The notes beneath the pieces are model-generated. The model was not told where the DNA came from and made no database searches. It saw only the letters and a list, made by a program, of their open reading frames with translations. From contig JBBILD010000009.1 in NCBI GenBank assembly GCA_037445065.1, forward strand, positions 32,001 through 96,000: a stretch of DNA of 64,000 nucleotides, in the 5' to 3' direction. Positions 19,038 to 28,979 of this stretch are shown piece by piece. The position numbers were made by a program, and so were the translations under genes. Origin of the DNA: Myxococcales bacterium. Lineage in GTDB: Bacteria > Desulfobacterota > Binatia > HRBIN30. Each line of letters opens with the position of its first letter. Position 1 is the first letter of the stretch.

Positions 19038-20027
19038 ATGCCGCTCGACCGCTTCGGACGTGAGATCGACTACCTGCGCATCTCGGTGATTGATCACTGC
19101 AACTTGCGCTGCGTGTACTGCATGCCCTTACAGGGGCTCAAATTCACCCGCCCCGAAGAACTCCTTTCCGCAGAGGAAATCGAACGGGTCGGGCGGGCGG
19201 CCGTGCTGGCTGGCTTTCGCAAGTTCCGCCTCACGGGTGGCGAGCCGACCTTGCGCCCGGACTTGGAAGAAATCGTTTCCCGCTTGGCGGCGCTGCCGGG
19301 AGTGGCGGACCTGGCCATGACCACGAATGGGATCTTGCTGCCCAAGCTCGCAGCGCGCTTGAAGGCTGCCGGTCTCAAACGGGTCAACGTGCACCTCGAC
19401 ACGTTGCACCCCGGGCGCCTCCAGCGTTTGATGCGCTTCGGAACGGTGGAGGAAATTTGGGCGGGCTTGGAAGCTGCAGAGGCGGCCGGTCTGGTGCCGA
19501 TCAAGCTCAACGTGGTGGTGGTGCGCGATTACAACGACGAAGACGTCGTCGAGCTGGCGCGCCTGACGCTCGAGCGCCCCTGGCAAGTGCGCTTCATCGA
19601 ACTCATGCCGCTCGGCGGCGGCGAGGAAGCCCGCATCGCCCTGAGCCAGTTCGTGTCCAACGAGCGAGTCAAAGCTCGCATCGAGGCGGCTCTCGGCGCC
19701 TTGCAAGCTGTGCCGAGCGCGAACCCGGCCGACGAGGCGGTCCTCTACCGCTTACCCGGGGCGCGTGGCACTGTGGGCATGATCAGCCCGGTGAGCCAGC
19801 CCTACTGCGGTACGTGCAACCGCATGCGCCTTACCGCCGATGGCAAGCTCCACCTCTGCTTGCTGCACGACGACGAACTCGACCTGCGCGCTGCCCTGCG
19901 CGCCGGTGCCCGTGATGCAGAACTCGCGGAGCTTCTGCTTGCCGCCGTGCGCGCCAAGCCGACCGGGCATGCCTTATCCCGCGGGGTCGCCCCCGAGGAG
20001 CGGAGCATGTACCAGATCGGCGGATGA
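19038..20027 (+). CDS. moaA: GTP 3',8-cyclase MoaA
   Basis: YLRISVIDHCNLRCVYCM radical-SAM motif, RLTGGEP, CGTCNRMRLTADG...C and C-terminal IGG. Confidence 0.96.
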   Translation: MPLDRFGREIDYLRISVIDHCNLRCVYCMPLQGLKFTRPEELLSAEEIERVGRAAVLAGFRKFRLTGGEPTLRPDLEEIVSRLAALPGVADLAMTTNGILLPKLAARLKAAGLKRVNVHLDTLHPGRLQRLMRFGTVEEIWAGLEAAEAAGLVPIKLNVVVVRDYNDEDVVELARLTLERPWQVRFIELMPLGGGEEARIALSQFVSNERVKARIEAALGALQAVPSANPADEAVLYRLPGARGTVGMISPVSQPYCGTCNRMRLTADGKLHLCLLHDDELDLRAALRAGARDAELAELLLAAVRAKPTGHALSRGVAPEERSMYQIGG

Positions 20028-20830
20028 GTCAGAGGAGTACGGGAGTGGAAGAACACGTGTTGCTGACTTCGATGGACGCGGGCATCGCGACGCTGACCCT
20101 CAACCGCCCGCAGGCGTTGAACGCACTCTCGCGCGCGTTGCGTCGTGCCCTCACGGAGGCCTTTTTGAGTCTTGCCCGCAATCCCGACGTTGGCGTCATC
20201 GTACTTACGGGCGCGGGGCGGGCGTTTTGCGCGGGCCTCGACCTCAAGGAACTCGCCCAGCAGCCACGCGAAGACACCGAGCAGGCGGTCAGCGGTACCG
20301 ACTTAGTGGCAGCCATGGAGCAGTGCCCCCAGCCCATCATTGGCGCCATCAACGGCTTTGCCATCACTGGAGGCTTCGAGTTGGCACTGGCTTGCGACAT
20401 CCTCATTGCCTCGAGCGAAGCCAAGTTCGCGGATACGCACGCGCGGGTCGGCATCATGCCGGGGTGGGGCTTGAGCCAGAAGCTCTCCCGCCTCATTGGG
20501 ATCTACCGGGCCAAGGAACTCTCGCTAACGGGCAATTTTCTCGACGCGCGCACGGCAGAAGCGTGGGGTCTGGTGAACCGCGTCGTGCCTCCCGAGGAAC
20601 TGTTGCCGACCTGCTACGCCCTGGCCCGCGACATCTTGTCGTGCGACCCGGTGCTCGTACGCCAGTATAAGCGGCTCATTGACGACGGCTTTGCACTTCC
20701 TTACGCGGAAGGCCGCGCGCTCGAGAGCCGGCGGGCGCGCGAGCACGCCGCCTCGCTCAGCCCCGAGGAACTGGCTCGCCGCCGCCTCGCCGTGCAGCAG
20801 CGCGGCCGCCAGCAAGCCAGCTCAGAGTAA
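20024..20830 (+). CDS. Enoyl-CoA hydratase/isomerase (crotonase family)
   Basis: LNRPQALNAL, AFCAGLDL, GGFELALACD and FADTHARVGIMPGWG; ATGA overlap with moaA. Confidence 0.92.
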   Translation: MSQRSTGVEEHVLLTSMDAGIATLTLNRPQALNALSRALRRALTEAFLSLARNPDVGVIVLTGAGRAFCAGLDLKELAQQPREDTEQAVSGTDLVAAMEQCPQPIIGAINGFAITGGFELALACDILIASSEAKFADTHARVGIMPGWGLSQKLSRLIGIYRAKELSLTGNFLDARTAEAWGLVNRVVPPEELLPTCYALARDILSCDPVLVRQYKRLIDDGFALPYAEGRALESRRAREHAASLSPEELARRRLAVQQRGRQQASSE

Positions 20831-20839
20831 GCCCAGGCC

Positions 20840-23650
20840 TCAAGAAGCGCTGGCCACGAAGCGCACCTTGCGCCGCGCCGTACCGGCCACGTCGCTGCGC
20901 GTAAAGCGGAAGGGAAAGGTCTCACCGCGAATCCACTTGGGCGCCAAGTCCCCGTAATGGATGTCAGGCTGGATGCGAACAAACCGGTTGTCATCCGCGG
21001 TGCCACCAGGATCGCCGTTGTTCCCGCCGGGGAGCGAATTGATGGCGCGGATGCCGCGCGGATCCAGTTCCACCACAAAGCGCATGGAGGGGCCGCTGGA
21101 AAAGTCGAAGTTGTCACTATTCAAACTAAAGCCAGCCGGGTTGACGGTGGAGCGAAAGCCCGGCGCGGCAAACGGCCCCAAGTCGAAAATGTTCACTCCT
21201 GCCTGTCCGAGAAAATGCTGGAAGCGCACGCGGTGGATGAGCCCCCACAGCCAGTTTTCCTGCTCGCTGGTTTGGAACTTGCCTTCGAGGAAGGCGAGTC
21301 CTTCGCGCAAGGCACGCAGCAAAATCTCGTCGCGCGTCTCCACCTCGGGAGTACCGCGCACGTCCCACAGCGTGCTCTCTCCGTTGGCGCCTAGGGTATA
21401 GACGCGGAAACCTTCGTCCTGCCGATCCACATCTTCGAGCAAGTGAAGCAGGGCCTTGGTGGCATCGTCCCCGCCCGGCACTCCGATGCCCGTTCCGGCA
21501 AAGTCGTCGCCAAAGGTGAGGCGGCTCAAGCGCGTGAGAAAGCCGGCGAAGATGGAGGTGGCCACCGCATCGCGCCGCTGCTCGTCGCTCACCGGGGTGG
21601 CGGCCGGCGGCACATCGTCGCGGCCGTGCGCGGCATCCACTCCCGGCGCCGTGTCGAAGGGCGGCGAGCCGGGTTTCGCGACTCCCCACTCTTGCAGGCG
21701 CGCGAGGGCTGCGCGCATCGCATCGGTCACCAGCTCGGGCCGGTTCTGGGCGGCCTGGAACAGGAAGGGCAGCAGGCGCTCGGCTTCTTTCGAGCTGTGG
21801 TCGTACTGATAGCGGGCCAGATCCGCCATGGTGAGCTTGGCGTTGGCGGGCCGCACTTGCGCCTGATTGGTGAGGAGTTCGGTGATGCGCTGGGCGCGGA
21901 ACCCCTCAGCAAACGGGCCGCCCAAGTACACCTCGTCGTTGAGCGGATCGTTGTCGAGGGTCACACCGATGGTGTCGTTGTTGGCAGTGACCAGGAACCC
22001 CTGCGGCGGGTTCACAGCCTGCGGAACCTTTTCCGGCGGCAGCCAAAGCGTGTTGCCTTGGGCGTCGGTCAGCCACTCCGCCTCCCCGGTGCCCGGTAGC
22101 GGCAAGTACGGCACCGTGCCCGCCGGGCGCTGCGGGATGAGCACCTGCGTGGACCAGGCGATGTTCCCTTGCGTGTCCGCCCAGATCCAGTTCTGGCCAC
22201 CGGTACCAAAGTTCCGCAACGCGTTGCGGAAGTCCTGCACCGAGCGAGCCCGGTTCAAATCGAGCAGGAAGCGTGCGTCGTTGGTCAGCTCGTGGCCCGT
22301 CCAGCGGACACTCATACCGGTGGCCGCCAGCCCCTCGATGTTATCGGTCACATCCGGATCCGGCATGTTCGGCCCGTGGTGCGGCACGACTTCGATCACG
22401 AGCTGCAGGGGCAGACTGCGCCCGCGCATGACGATGGGTTCGACGACGCGAATTACGGGTACGCGCTGGCCGCGGAACAAGACGGTGCGCGGCGAGGCTG
22501 GGTAATCCGGCGGCGTCTCGATTTCTTCCACGTACACGTCGGTAACGTCGTATCCAGTGGTGGTTGCCCCCCAAGCGCCGTAGCGGTTGTGCCCCAGGAT
22601 GACCCCAGGCAACCCTGGGAAAATCACCCCAATGACCTCGTCGCCCGTGTCGGCCGCCGAGAGATGAATCATGTGCCACACGGGCGGATTGAACAACGCC
22701 AGATGCGGGTCGTTGGCGAGAAGCGCGTGACCACTGGCGGACAACTGCGGCGATACAATCCAATTGTTGCTGCCCGCCCCACTGCGCAGGCTGCCAATCG
22801 GCAGGGAGGCGAGCAACTCGTCGAAGGCGGCAGCCACTTCATCGAGAATCGGCCGCGGCGGCAAAAAGCCAACTCCCGCGCCACCCGGGGCCGCCGCGCT
22901 TCGCGCCACTCGTGGCTGCGCAGGCGGCAACACGGTGGTGGGCGCGGCAGGGGCGAAGCGAAACACGTCGCGCCACACCGCTTCTGGAAGGGCTTGGCGG
23001 ATGCGCGCTTGCTGCACCTCGTCATCACCAGAGTAAGACAGGCTAAACGCCTGCAGGCGCGCAATCGCCAGCACATCCGCTGGCTCCCAATCAGCGAGTT
23101 GCTCTGCGGTCAAACCCAGCACTCCGGGCAACGTGTACTCCGGCGGCAGGTGGGCACCGTTGCGACCCGCGCGCAGGTCAGCAAGCCAGGCGTTCACTCC
23201 GGCCGAATAGGCTTCGATCAGGCTCGCCGTTTCCGGGTCTACCTGCTGCACGTGTTCCCACAAGGCGCGGTGCAAGCGGCGGCCGTCGCGGGTGGTAAAC
23301 AAGGTGCGCATCTGCACGTCGGTGGAAATCGAAAGGCGGCCGAACAGTTCGCTCAGCCGACCGGTGGCGAAGCGACGGATTACGTCCATCTCCCAAAAGC
23401 GCGCTTGCGCAGTCAGGTAACCCTGCACGTACAAAGCGGTGGCAAAGTCGGGCGCGTACACGTGCGGCATGCCGATGTCGTCGAAGACCACCTCCGTGGT
23501 GCCGGCCAAACCCGGGAGGGCGATTGTTTGTGCCACTGGCAAGGAGGCAATCGGATCGGCCGCAGAACTCTCTCCATCGTCGCCGCAGCCAGTGACCCAA
23601 AGGGCAAGCAGTAGCGCAACCAATATCAGGGCGTGTCTTCGAGCCTGCAT
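20840..23650 (-). CDS. Penicillin acylase / AHL-acylase family Ntn-hydrolase, predicted lipoprotein
   Basis: GMPHVYA, GSNNW (beta-chain Ser nucleophile), LANDPHL and TANN motifs; lipobox VTGC; GGAGG SD. Confidence 0.92.
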   Translation of the reverse strand: MQARRHALILVALLLALWVTGCGDDGESSAADPIASLPVAQTIALPGLAGTTEVVFDDIGMPHVYAPDFATALYVQGYLTAQARFWEMDVIRRFATGRLSELFGRLSISTDVQMRTLFTTRDGRRLHRALWEHVQQVDPETASLIEAYSAGVNAWLADLRAGRNGAHLPPEYTLPGVLGLTAEQLADWEPADVLAIARLQAFSLSYSGDDEVQQARIRQALPEAVWRDVFRFAPAAPTTVLPPAQPRVARSAAAPGGAGVGFLPPRPILDEVAAAFDELLASLPIGSLRSGAGSNNWIVSPQLSASGHALLANDPHLALFNPPVWHMIHLSAADTGDEVIGVIFPGLPGVILGHNRYGAWGATTTGYDVTDVYVEEIETPPDYPASPRTVLFRGQRVPVIRVVEPIVMRGRSLPLQLVIEVVPHHGPNMPDPDVTDNIEGLAATGMSVRWTGHELTNDARFLLDLNRARSVQDFRNALRNFGTGGQNWIWADTQGNIAWSTQVLIPQRPAGTVPYLPLPGTGEAEWLTDAQGNTLWLPPEKVPQAVNPPQGFLVTANNDTIGVTLDNDPLNDEVYLGGPFAEGFRAQRITELLTNQAQVRPANAKLTMADLARYQYDHSSKEAERLLPFLFQAAQNRPELVTDAMRAALARLQEWGVAKPGSPPFDTAPGVDAAHGRDDVPPAATPVSDEQRRDAVATSIFAGFLTRLSRLTFGDDFAGTGIGVPGGDDATKALLHLLEDVDRQDEGFRVYTLGANGESTLWDVRGTPEVETRDEILLRALREGLAFLEGKFQTSEQENWLWGLIHRVRFQHFLGQAGVNIFDLGPFAAPGFRSTVNPAGFSLNSDNFDFSSGPSMRFVVELDPRGIRAINSLPGGNNGDPGGTADDNRFVRIQPDIHYGDLAPKWIRGETFPFRFTRSDVAGTARRKVRFVASAS

Positions 23651-23758
23651 GTTCCCTCCTTTGCTCCAAGCCAATGCCGCGGCGCAAGCGCCGCGGCAAG
23701 TCACAGCGGCTCGGTCGCTGCCACCGCCGTAGCTCTTACGCCTCCTGCTGGGTTGTCC

Positions 23759-24223
23759 TCAGCTCTTGCGCGCGCGCAGGATGTCGGCCACCTCGGGTAC
23801 GGCCTTGAGCAGCATGTCGAAGTGAGCCAGGCGAGGGCCGACTGTGGATGCCAGCGCCGCTTCGTACTCCCCCAACGCTGCTTCCAACTCCTCCCGCTTC
23901 TCTGGCACGATGCGCTCTTCGGGATCCAGGCACGCATTCACCTTCTCGGCCAGTTCCTCGAGTTTCTTCTCGCCCTCTTCTCCCAGTTTGGCGTGCAAGG
24001 TTTCGTTCCACACCGCCAAAAAGCCCAGCGTCGCTGGCACTTGCCGGCGGAGTCCGCCGCTCAACAGGTAGAGCTGCTGGGCGAGCCGCTGCGCGCTGTG
24101 CAGCGGCACGCGCGTCACCAGAGCCCGCATGCGCACCAGTTTGTCGCGCAGGCGCTGCAAGCCGATTTCTTCCGCCAGCAAGGTAACCGCTTCTTCGAAC
24201 TCCTTGGCGCTAAGATGTGCCAT
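23759..24223 (-). CDS. Hypothetical helical protein (154 aa)
   Basis: Natural-looking charged helical sequence from MAHLSAKEFEEAV, high GC3, AAAGG SD. The ORF-track extension to 24910 overlaps thiI and is spurious. Confidence 0.7.
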   Translation of the reverse strand: MAHLSAKEFEEAVTLLAEEIGLQRLRDKLVRMRALVTRVPLHSAQRLAQQLYLLSGGLRRQVPATLGFLAVWNETLHAKLGEEGEKKLEELAEKVNACLDPEERIVPEKREELEAALGEYEAALASTVGPRLAHFDMLLKAVPEVADILRARKS

Positions 24224-24285
24224 CGTGCCTTTTGCTCCGTTTCGTGCGCAACGGCCCCGGCTTTTGACGTTTACGGCCAGGCGAG

Positions 24286-25479
24286 TCAAGCACGTGACGC
24301 GCTGGCCCCCGCATCCGCTTCGGGAAAGTGGAAGGTCAGCGTCTCGCAGTGCTCGCTCGCGTACTCCAGCATGGCAGCGAGGTCGAGTGCCGCTTCGGCA
24401 GCGTGAGCCTGTTCCACACTCATGCGGGTGGCAGGCAGTTTCGGGACGAAGAGTTGGCAACAGTCCTGATCGGGCTGAATGGAAATCTCGTACGTGCCGA
24501 TGCGCTCGGCTTGGGCACGGATCTCGTTTTTGTCCATGCCGATGAGCGGGCGCAAAATCGGCATGCTCGCTGCCTCCTGGATGGTGACCAAGTTCTCCAG
24601 CGTCTGCGACGCCACCTGCCCCAGGCTCTCGCCCGTGACTAACGCTTGTGCGCCGACGCTCTGCGCCAGCGCTTGCGCAATCCGCACCATCATGCGCCGG
24701 TAGAGCACGACGCGGTATGGGCGGGCCACCGCCGTCACGATCTGCCGCTGCAACTCGCCAAAGCGCACCACGTGCAGGCGCGACTCGAGTTGGTAGCGGG
24801 TCAGCAAGCGCACCAATTCGATGGCTTTGTCCCGGCTCGAGCGGTCTTGATACGGTGCGCCGTGAAAGTGAACGAACTCTACCGGGCAGCCGCGACGCAT
24901 CATGCGCCACGCCGCCACCGGCGAATCAATTCCACCGGACAGGAGGGCCACCACCCGCCCACTGGTTCCGACCGGCAATCCCCCGAGCCCAGGGAAACGC
25001 TCTGCGGACACGAATGCCTCGCGCGCCAGGATCTCGATCACGACTTCCACCTGCGGCCGATTGAGGTCCACCCGCCAGCCGAGCTCCCCTTGCAGAACCG
25101 CACCCACGTGCCGACACACTTCCGGCGAGGGCAGGGGGTAGCTCTTGTCGGCACGCTTGCAGCGTACCGCAAAGCTTTGTGCCTCGCGCCCGCGCACGAG
25201 GTCGAGCGCAGTTGCAGCGAGCGCTTCCACCTCCCGCTGGCTGGCACGCGCGAGCGCAAAGTTCGCAATGCCGAAGACATAGCCGAGCCGCTCCTGCACG
25301 AGCGGCCAGTTCGCGGACGCGGGCAGATCCACCACCAACCGCCCCTCCGCCCGCCGCACTCGGCCGGCACCGGTGCCACGCAAGATGGCCGCTACGTTCC
25401 GTCGCAGGCGCTCGACGAAAAACGGCCGATTGCGCTGCTTGAGCGCGATTTCGTGGTAATGGATGACGACCCGATCCAC
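24286..25479 (-). CDS. thiI: tRNA 4-thiouridine synthase ThiI (no rhodanese domain)
   Basis: HYHEIALK..NRPFF, THUMP domain, SGGIDS PP-loop, TGESLGQVASQT and DCC. Confidence 0.95.
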   Translation of the reverse strand: MDRVVIHYHEIALKQRNRPFFVERLRRNVAAILRGTGAGRVRRAEGRLVVDLPASANWPLVQERLGYVFGIANFALARASQREVEALAATALDLVRGREAQSFAVRCKRADKSYPLPSPEVCRHVGAVLQGELGWRVDLNRPQVEVVIEILAREAFVSAERFPGLGGLPVGTSGRVVALLSGGIDSPVAAWRMMRRGCPVEFVHFHGAPYQDRSSRDKAIELVRLLTRYQLESRLHVVRFGELQRQIVTAVARPYRVVLYRRMMVRIAQALAQSVGAQALVTGESLGQVASQTLENLVTIQEAASMPILRPLIGMDKNEIRAQAERIGTYEISIQPDQDCCQLFVPKLPATRMSVEQAHAAEAALDLAAMLEYASEHCETLTFHFPEADAGASASRA

Positions 25480-25616
25480 TGGCGTGCCTCTCCCGTTTAC
25501 CAGCCTCCGGCGCGCCGGTGATAGTGGAGTCGGGTGACCGCTTCCAGGCGCTTGGGCTCAGCGCGCCTTCCGTGCTAAGAGTGCGCCTCGCGTTTTGCGC
25601 GGGGGCAGTGGCCGCC

Positions 25617-28600
25617 ATGCTTTGGGTGCATCGCAGCAATCGGCTGGAAGAACTCGTAAGCGTTTTGCTCGAGTATTTGAGCGACGATCGCCCGCACCCA
25701 CTGCAAAAGCAGCCGATCGTCGTGCAAGGTGCGGGAATGGACCGTTACCTAGCGCAGCGCCTGGCGGCTCACTTCGGGATTTGGGCGAACGCCAGCTTCC
25801 CCTTTCCCCGCAACTTCTTCGAGTACTGGTTTGCGCAAGCAGGCATCGCTCCGGTGGAAGGCGGCGATCCGTACGCAGTGGAAGACCTCACCTGGGCCAT
25901 CGCCCAGCTACTGCCCCAAATGTGGTCGCAGCCCGCGTTCGAACCGCTCTTGGGTTACGCCCGCGCGCTCGCCGAGCCGCAAGACACGGAGCCAGGGGCG
26001 GGCCTCGCTCGCGAGCACCTCGCCCTCGCCCACCGCCTGGCCCGCGTGTTCGACCGTTACGTGGTTTACCGTGCCGACTTGCTTCATAGCTGGGAGCGAC
26101 TCGCTCCTCGCGACGATTGGCAGTGCCAGCTCTGGCGTGCCCTCACCGAGCACCTTGCCGCCCCCCACTTTGCGGCTCGCGCCAAGCAATGGGTGGAGCG
26201 ACTCGGGCAAGGCAACGTGCCTCTTCCCGCACGGGTGTATTTCTTCAACCTCTTGCACCTACCGCCCCTGTACGTCGAGTTACTGGGCCAACTCGGCCGT
26301 TCCACCGAGGTACACTTGTTCTTGCTCAGCCCGTCGCGCGAGTACTGGGCAGAGATCCGCGCCCGGCGGAAGATTCTGCAAGAAAACCGCGCCCTCTTCG
26401 GCTCTGTGCAGCAGCTCGAGGAAGCCTGGAAGCAAGCCGTGGGCAACCCCTTGCTCGCTTCGCTGGGCCGCCTTGGCGGCGAGTTGCAAGCCGTGCTCGA
26501 GGGAACGCTCGACTACCAGGACAGCGACCGGTACCAGGACCCTGCCGAGAACTCCCTACTGCACGTGCTGCAGGCAGACATGTTCTCCTTACAGCGGCGC
26601 GCTGCAGACGGCTCGCTCCCCCCATACCCGCTCGGCCCGAGCGATCGCTCCGTGCAGGTGCACAGTTGCCACAGCCCGAAACGCGAAGTGGAAGTGCTGC
26701 ACGATCTCATTCGCGACTCCCTGGAAGCGGACCCCAGCTTGCGTCCGGAAGACTGCTTGGTGTTGTGCCCGGACCTCGCCACCTACGCACCCCTGATTCA
26801 CGCCACCTTCGGCAACCCGCTGCTGGGCGAGCGTGCGATCCCGTACCACGTTGCGGATCAGCCACTGCGCTCCACGGACGAACTCGTGGACGCACTGTTC
26901 GCCGCTCTCGATCTTCTGCGCGGGCGCGCTCCCAGTAGCGCCGTGCTGGGGCTGCTCGCGCGCCCCCCGGTGCGGGCTCGCTTCGGTGTCTCCGCCGAGG
27001 ACATGGACCGTTTGCGCCAGTGGATCGAAGAAACGCGCGTGCACTGGGGCTTCGACGCCACCCACCGCGAGGAGGAGGGCTGGCCGCCGATCGCCGAGCA
27101 TACGTGGGAGTTCGGCTTACAACGCCTTTTCCTCGGCGCCGCCATGGCTGCCGACGAGCGGCGCCTTTACCAAGGCGTTTTGCCCTACAACGACGTGGAG
27201 GGAGACGGGGCCGAACTGGCAGGGAAACTGGCGGAGTTCTGCCATCGCTTGCGCACGTTCCGCGCCAGGATGGCAGGGAAGAAACCTGTGGCAGAGTGGA
27301 CCCGTTTGCTCGACGAGCTGCGCACGAGCTTGTTTGCCACGCAAGAACCGTACAGCAGCCAGCACCGATCCATCCGCGAGCAATTGCGCGAAATCGAACG
27401 CGCCGCCCAGCGTGCACGCTTTTCGCACCTGGTGGAGTTGGAAGCGGTGACCGACCGTCTGGCCTCCCTCCTCGAGGAGCGAGCGCGCCCGTACGGATTC
27501 TTGGCTGGCGGCGTGAACTTTTGCGCCTTGCGGTCCACTCGCTGCATCCCCGCGCGAGTGGTGTGCTTGCTCGGCCTCAGCGAGAACTCGTTTCCCCGCA
27601 ACGAGCTGCCTCTGCCCCATGACCGGCTGACCAGTGAGCCACGCCCTGGCGACCCCAATCCGCGCGAAGAGGACCGCTACACGTTCTTGCTCGCCCTCCT
27701 GTCCGCACGAGACCGATTCATCGTTACGTACTGCGGGCAGGATTTGCGCAACAACGCCGCCCTTCCACCCGCCACGGTGGTGCAAGAGCTGCTCGACACA
27801 ATCGATGAAAGTTGCCGGACCGACTCGGCCTCACCTGCGCACCAGCACGTGCTGGTCAAACATCCGTTGCATCCCTTCAGCCCCAAGTACTTTCGCCGCG
27901 AAGAGGGGCCTTGGTTCAGCTTTTCCCCGTCGCTGTGCCGCGCGGCGGAGAGCTTAAGCGGGCCACGCGCCGCGCCTGAGCTGTGGTTTCCGGAAAAACA
28001 CGAACTACCCCCTTGGAGCGAACCGGAACTGCCGCTTCCCAAGCTGGTTTCGTTTTTCCGCCACCCGCAGCGCGAGCTGTTGCGCACCCGCTTCGAAATT
28101 CGCTCAACCGATGAGGGGTTCACCGATCTCGACCAGGAACCGATCGAGCTCGACAGCCTGCAGGAATGGCAGTTGGGAACGTTCTTGCTGGAGTGCCGCC
28201 TAAACGGCATGCACCCCGAGGAAAGCTTGGATTACGCACGGGCAGCGGGTCTGCTTCCGCCGGGGCGACTCGGCGGCTTCGCTCTGGAGGAGGTCCGCGC
28301 AACCGTGGAAGCGCTGGTGCAGGCGGTTGCGAAGAACCGCTCGGGCAAGGCCCTCCCCGCCGTTCCGCTCGCGTTACCTTTTACGCACCCCCGAGGATCC
28401 GACGCAGAGGAAGGCAATGGGAAAGGGTCGCTGCTGCTCACCGGCCGGCTTCCGGAGCTGTGGAAAAAGGCGCAGGTCCTGTACACCTTTTCCAAGATCG
28501 AGCGGGGCGAAGAACTGCGGGCTTGGCTTCTGCATTTGGCACTCAACTGCTTGCCGGACCGCGCGCTGCCCAAAAGGACCGTGCTGGTCGGCCGATCGAC

Positions 28601-28979
28601 AAACGGCACGGCCGCCGTACTGCACTTTGCCCCGGTGCGAGAGGCGCGCGCGCTGTTGCAGGAGTTGACCCATTGGTTTTGCCTCGGCATGCGCGCGCCG
28701 TTGCCTTTTGCACTGCGCGCCTCGCGTGCCTGCGCTGAGCAGTTGGCAGGGGGAAAGGACCGCAAGGAGTCCGAGCGCGCTGCTGAGGCTCGTTTGGTGG
28801 AACGGTTCGACGGTGGCGAGGCGCCAGCCGACCCAGCGTTTTTACTCCTTTACGGCACGCACGAGCCGCGGGTGGAAGACCTCGACGCGCGCCGCCCCCG
28901 AGGCAGCCCGCGGTTCGCGGAACTGGCGCAAAAGGTGTTTTCGCCTTTGTGGGAGCACAGCTCCATCGCGGAGGACTGA
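25617..28979 (+). CDS. recC: Exodeoxyribonuclease V gamma subunit
   Basis: HRSNRLEEL, VHSCHSPKREVEVLHD and HPLHPFSPKYF; first gene of the recCBD operon. Confidence 0.93.
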   Translation: MLWVHRSNRLEELVSVLLEYLSDDRPHPLQKQPIVVQGAGMDRYLAQRLAAHFGIWANASFPFPRNFFEYWFAQAGIAPVEGGDPYAVEDLTWAIAQLLPQMWSQPAFEPLLGYARALAEPQDTEPGAGLAREHLALAHRLARVFDRYVVYRADLLHSWERLAPRDDWQCQLWRALTEHLAAPHFAARAKQWVERLGQGNVPLPARVYFFNLLHLPPLYVELLGQLGRSTEVHLFLLSPSREYWAEIRARRKILQENRALFGSVQQLEEAWKQAVGNPLLASLGRLGGELQAVLEGTLDYQDSDRYQDPAENSLLHVLQADMFSLQRRAADGSLPPYPLGPSDRSVQVHSCHSPKREVEVLHDLIRDSLEADPSLRPEDCLVLCPDLATYAPLIHATFGNPLLGERAIPYHVADQPLRSTDELVDALFAALDLLRGRAPSSAVLGLLARPPVRARFGVSAEDMDRLRQWIEETRVHWGFDATHREEEGWPPIAEHTWEFGLQRLFLGAAMAADERRLYQGVLPYNDVEGDGAELAGKLAEFCHRLRTFRARMAGKKPVAEWTRLLDELRTSLFATQEPYSSQHRSIREQLREIERAAQRARFSHLVELEAVTDRLASLLEERARPYGFLAGGVNFCALRSTRCIPARVVCLLGLSENSFPRNELPLPHDRLTSEPRPGDPNPREEDRYTFLLALLSARDRFIVTYCGQDLRNNAALPPATVVQELLDTIDESCRTDSASPAHQHVLVKHPLHPFSPKYFRREEGPWFSFSPSLCRAAESLSGPRAAPELWFPEKHELPPWSEPELPLPKLVSFFRHPQRELLRTRFEIRSTDEGFTDLDQEPIELDSLQEWQLGTFLLECRLNGMHPEESLDYARAAGLLPPGRLGGFALEEVRATVEALVQAVAKNRSGKALPAVPLALPFTHPRGSDAEEGNGKGSLLLTGRLPELWKKAQVLYTFSKIERGEELRAWLLHLALNCLPDRALPKRTVLVGRSTNGTAAVLHFAPVREARALLQELTHWFCLGMRAPLPFALRASRACAEQLAGGKDRKESERAAEARLVERFDGGEAPADPAFLLLYGTHEPRVEDLDARRPRGSPRFAELAQKVFSPLWEHSSIAED

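Noticed and set aside
24286..25479. ThiI lacking a rhodanese domain as a novelty
   Set aside because: This is the usual form outside Gammaproteobacteria.
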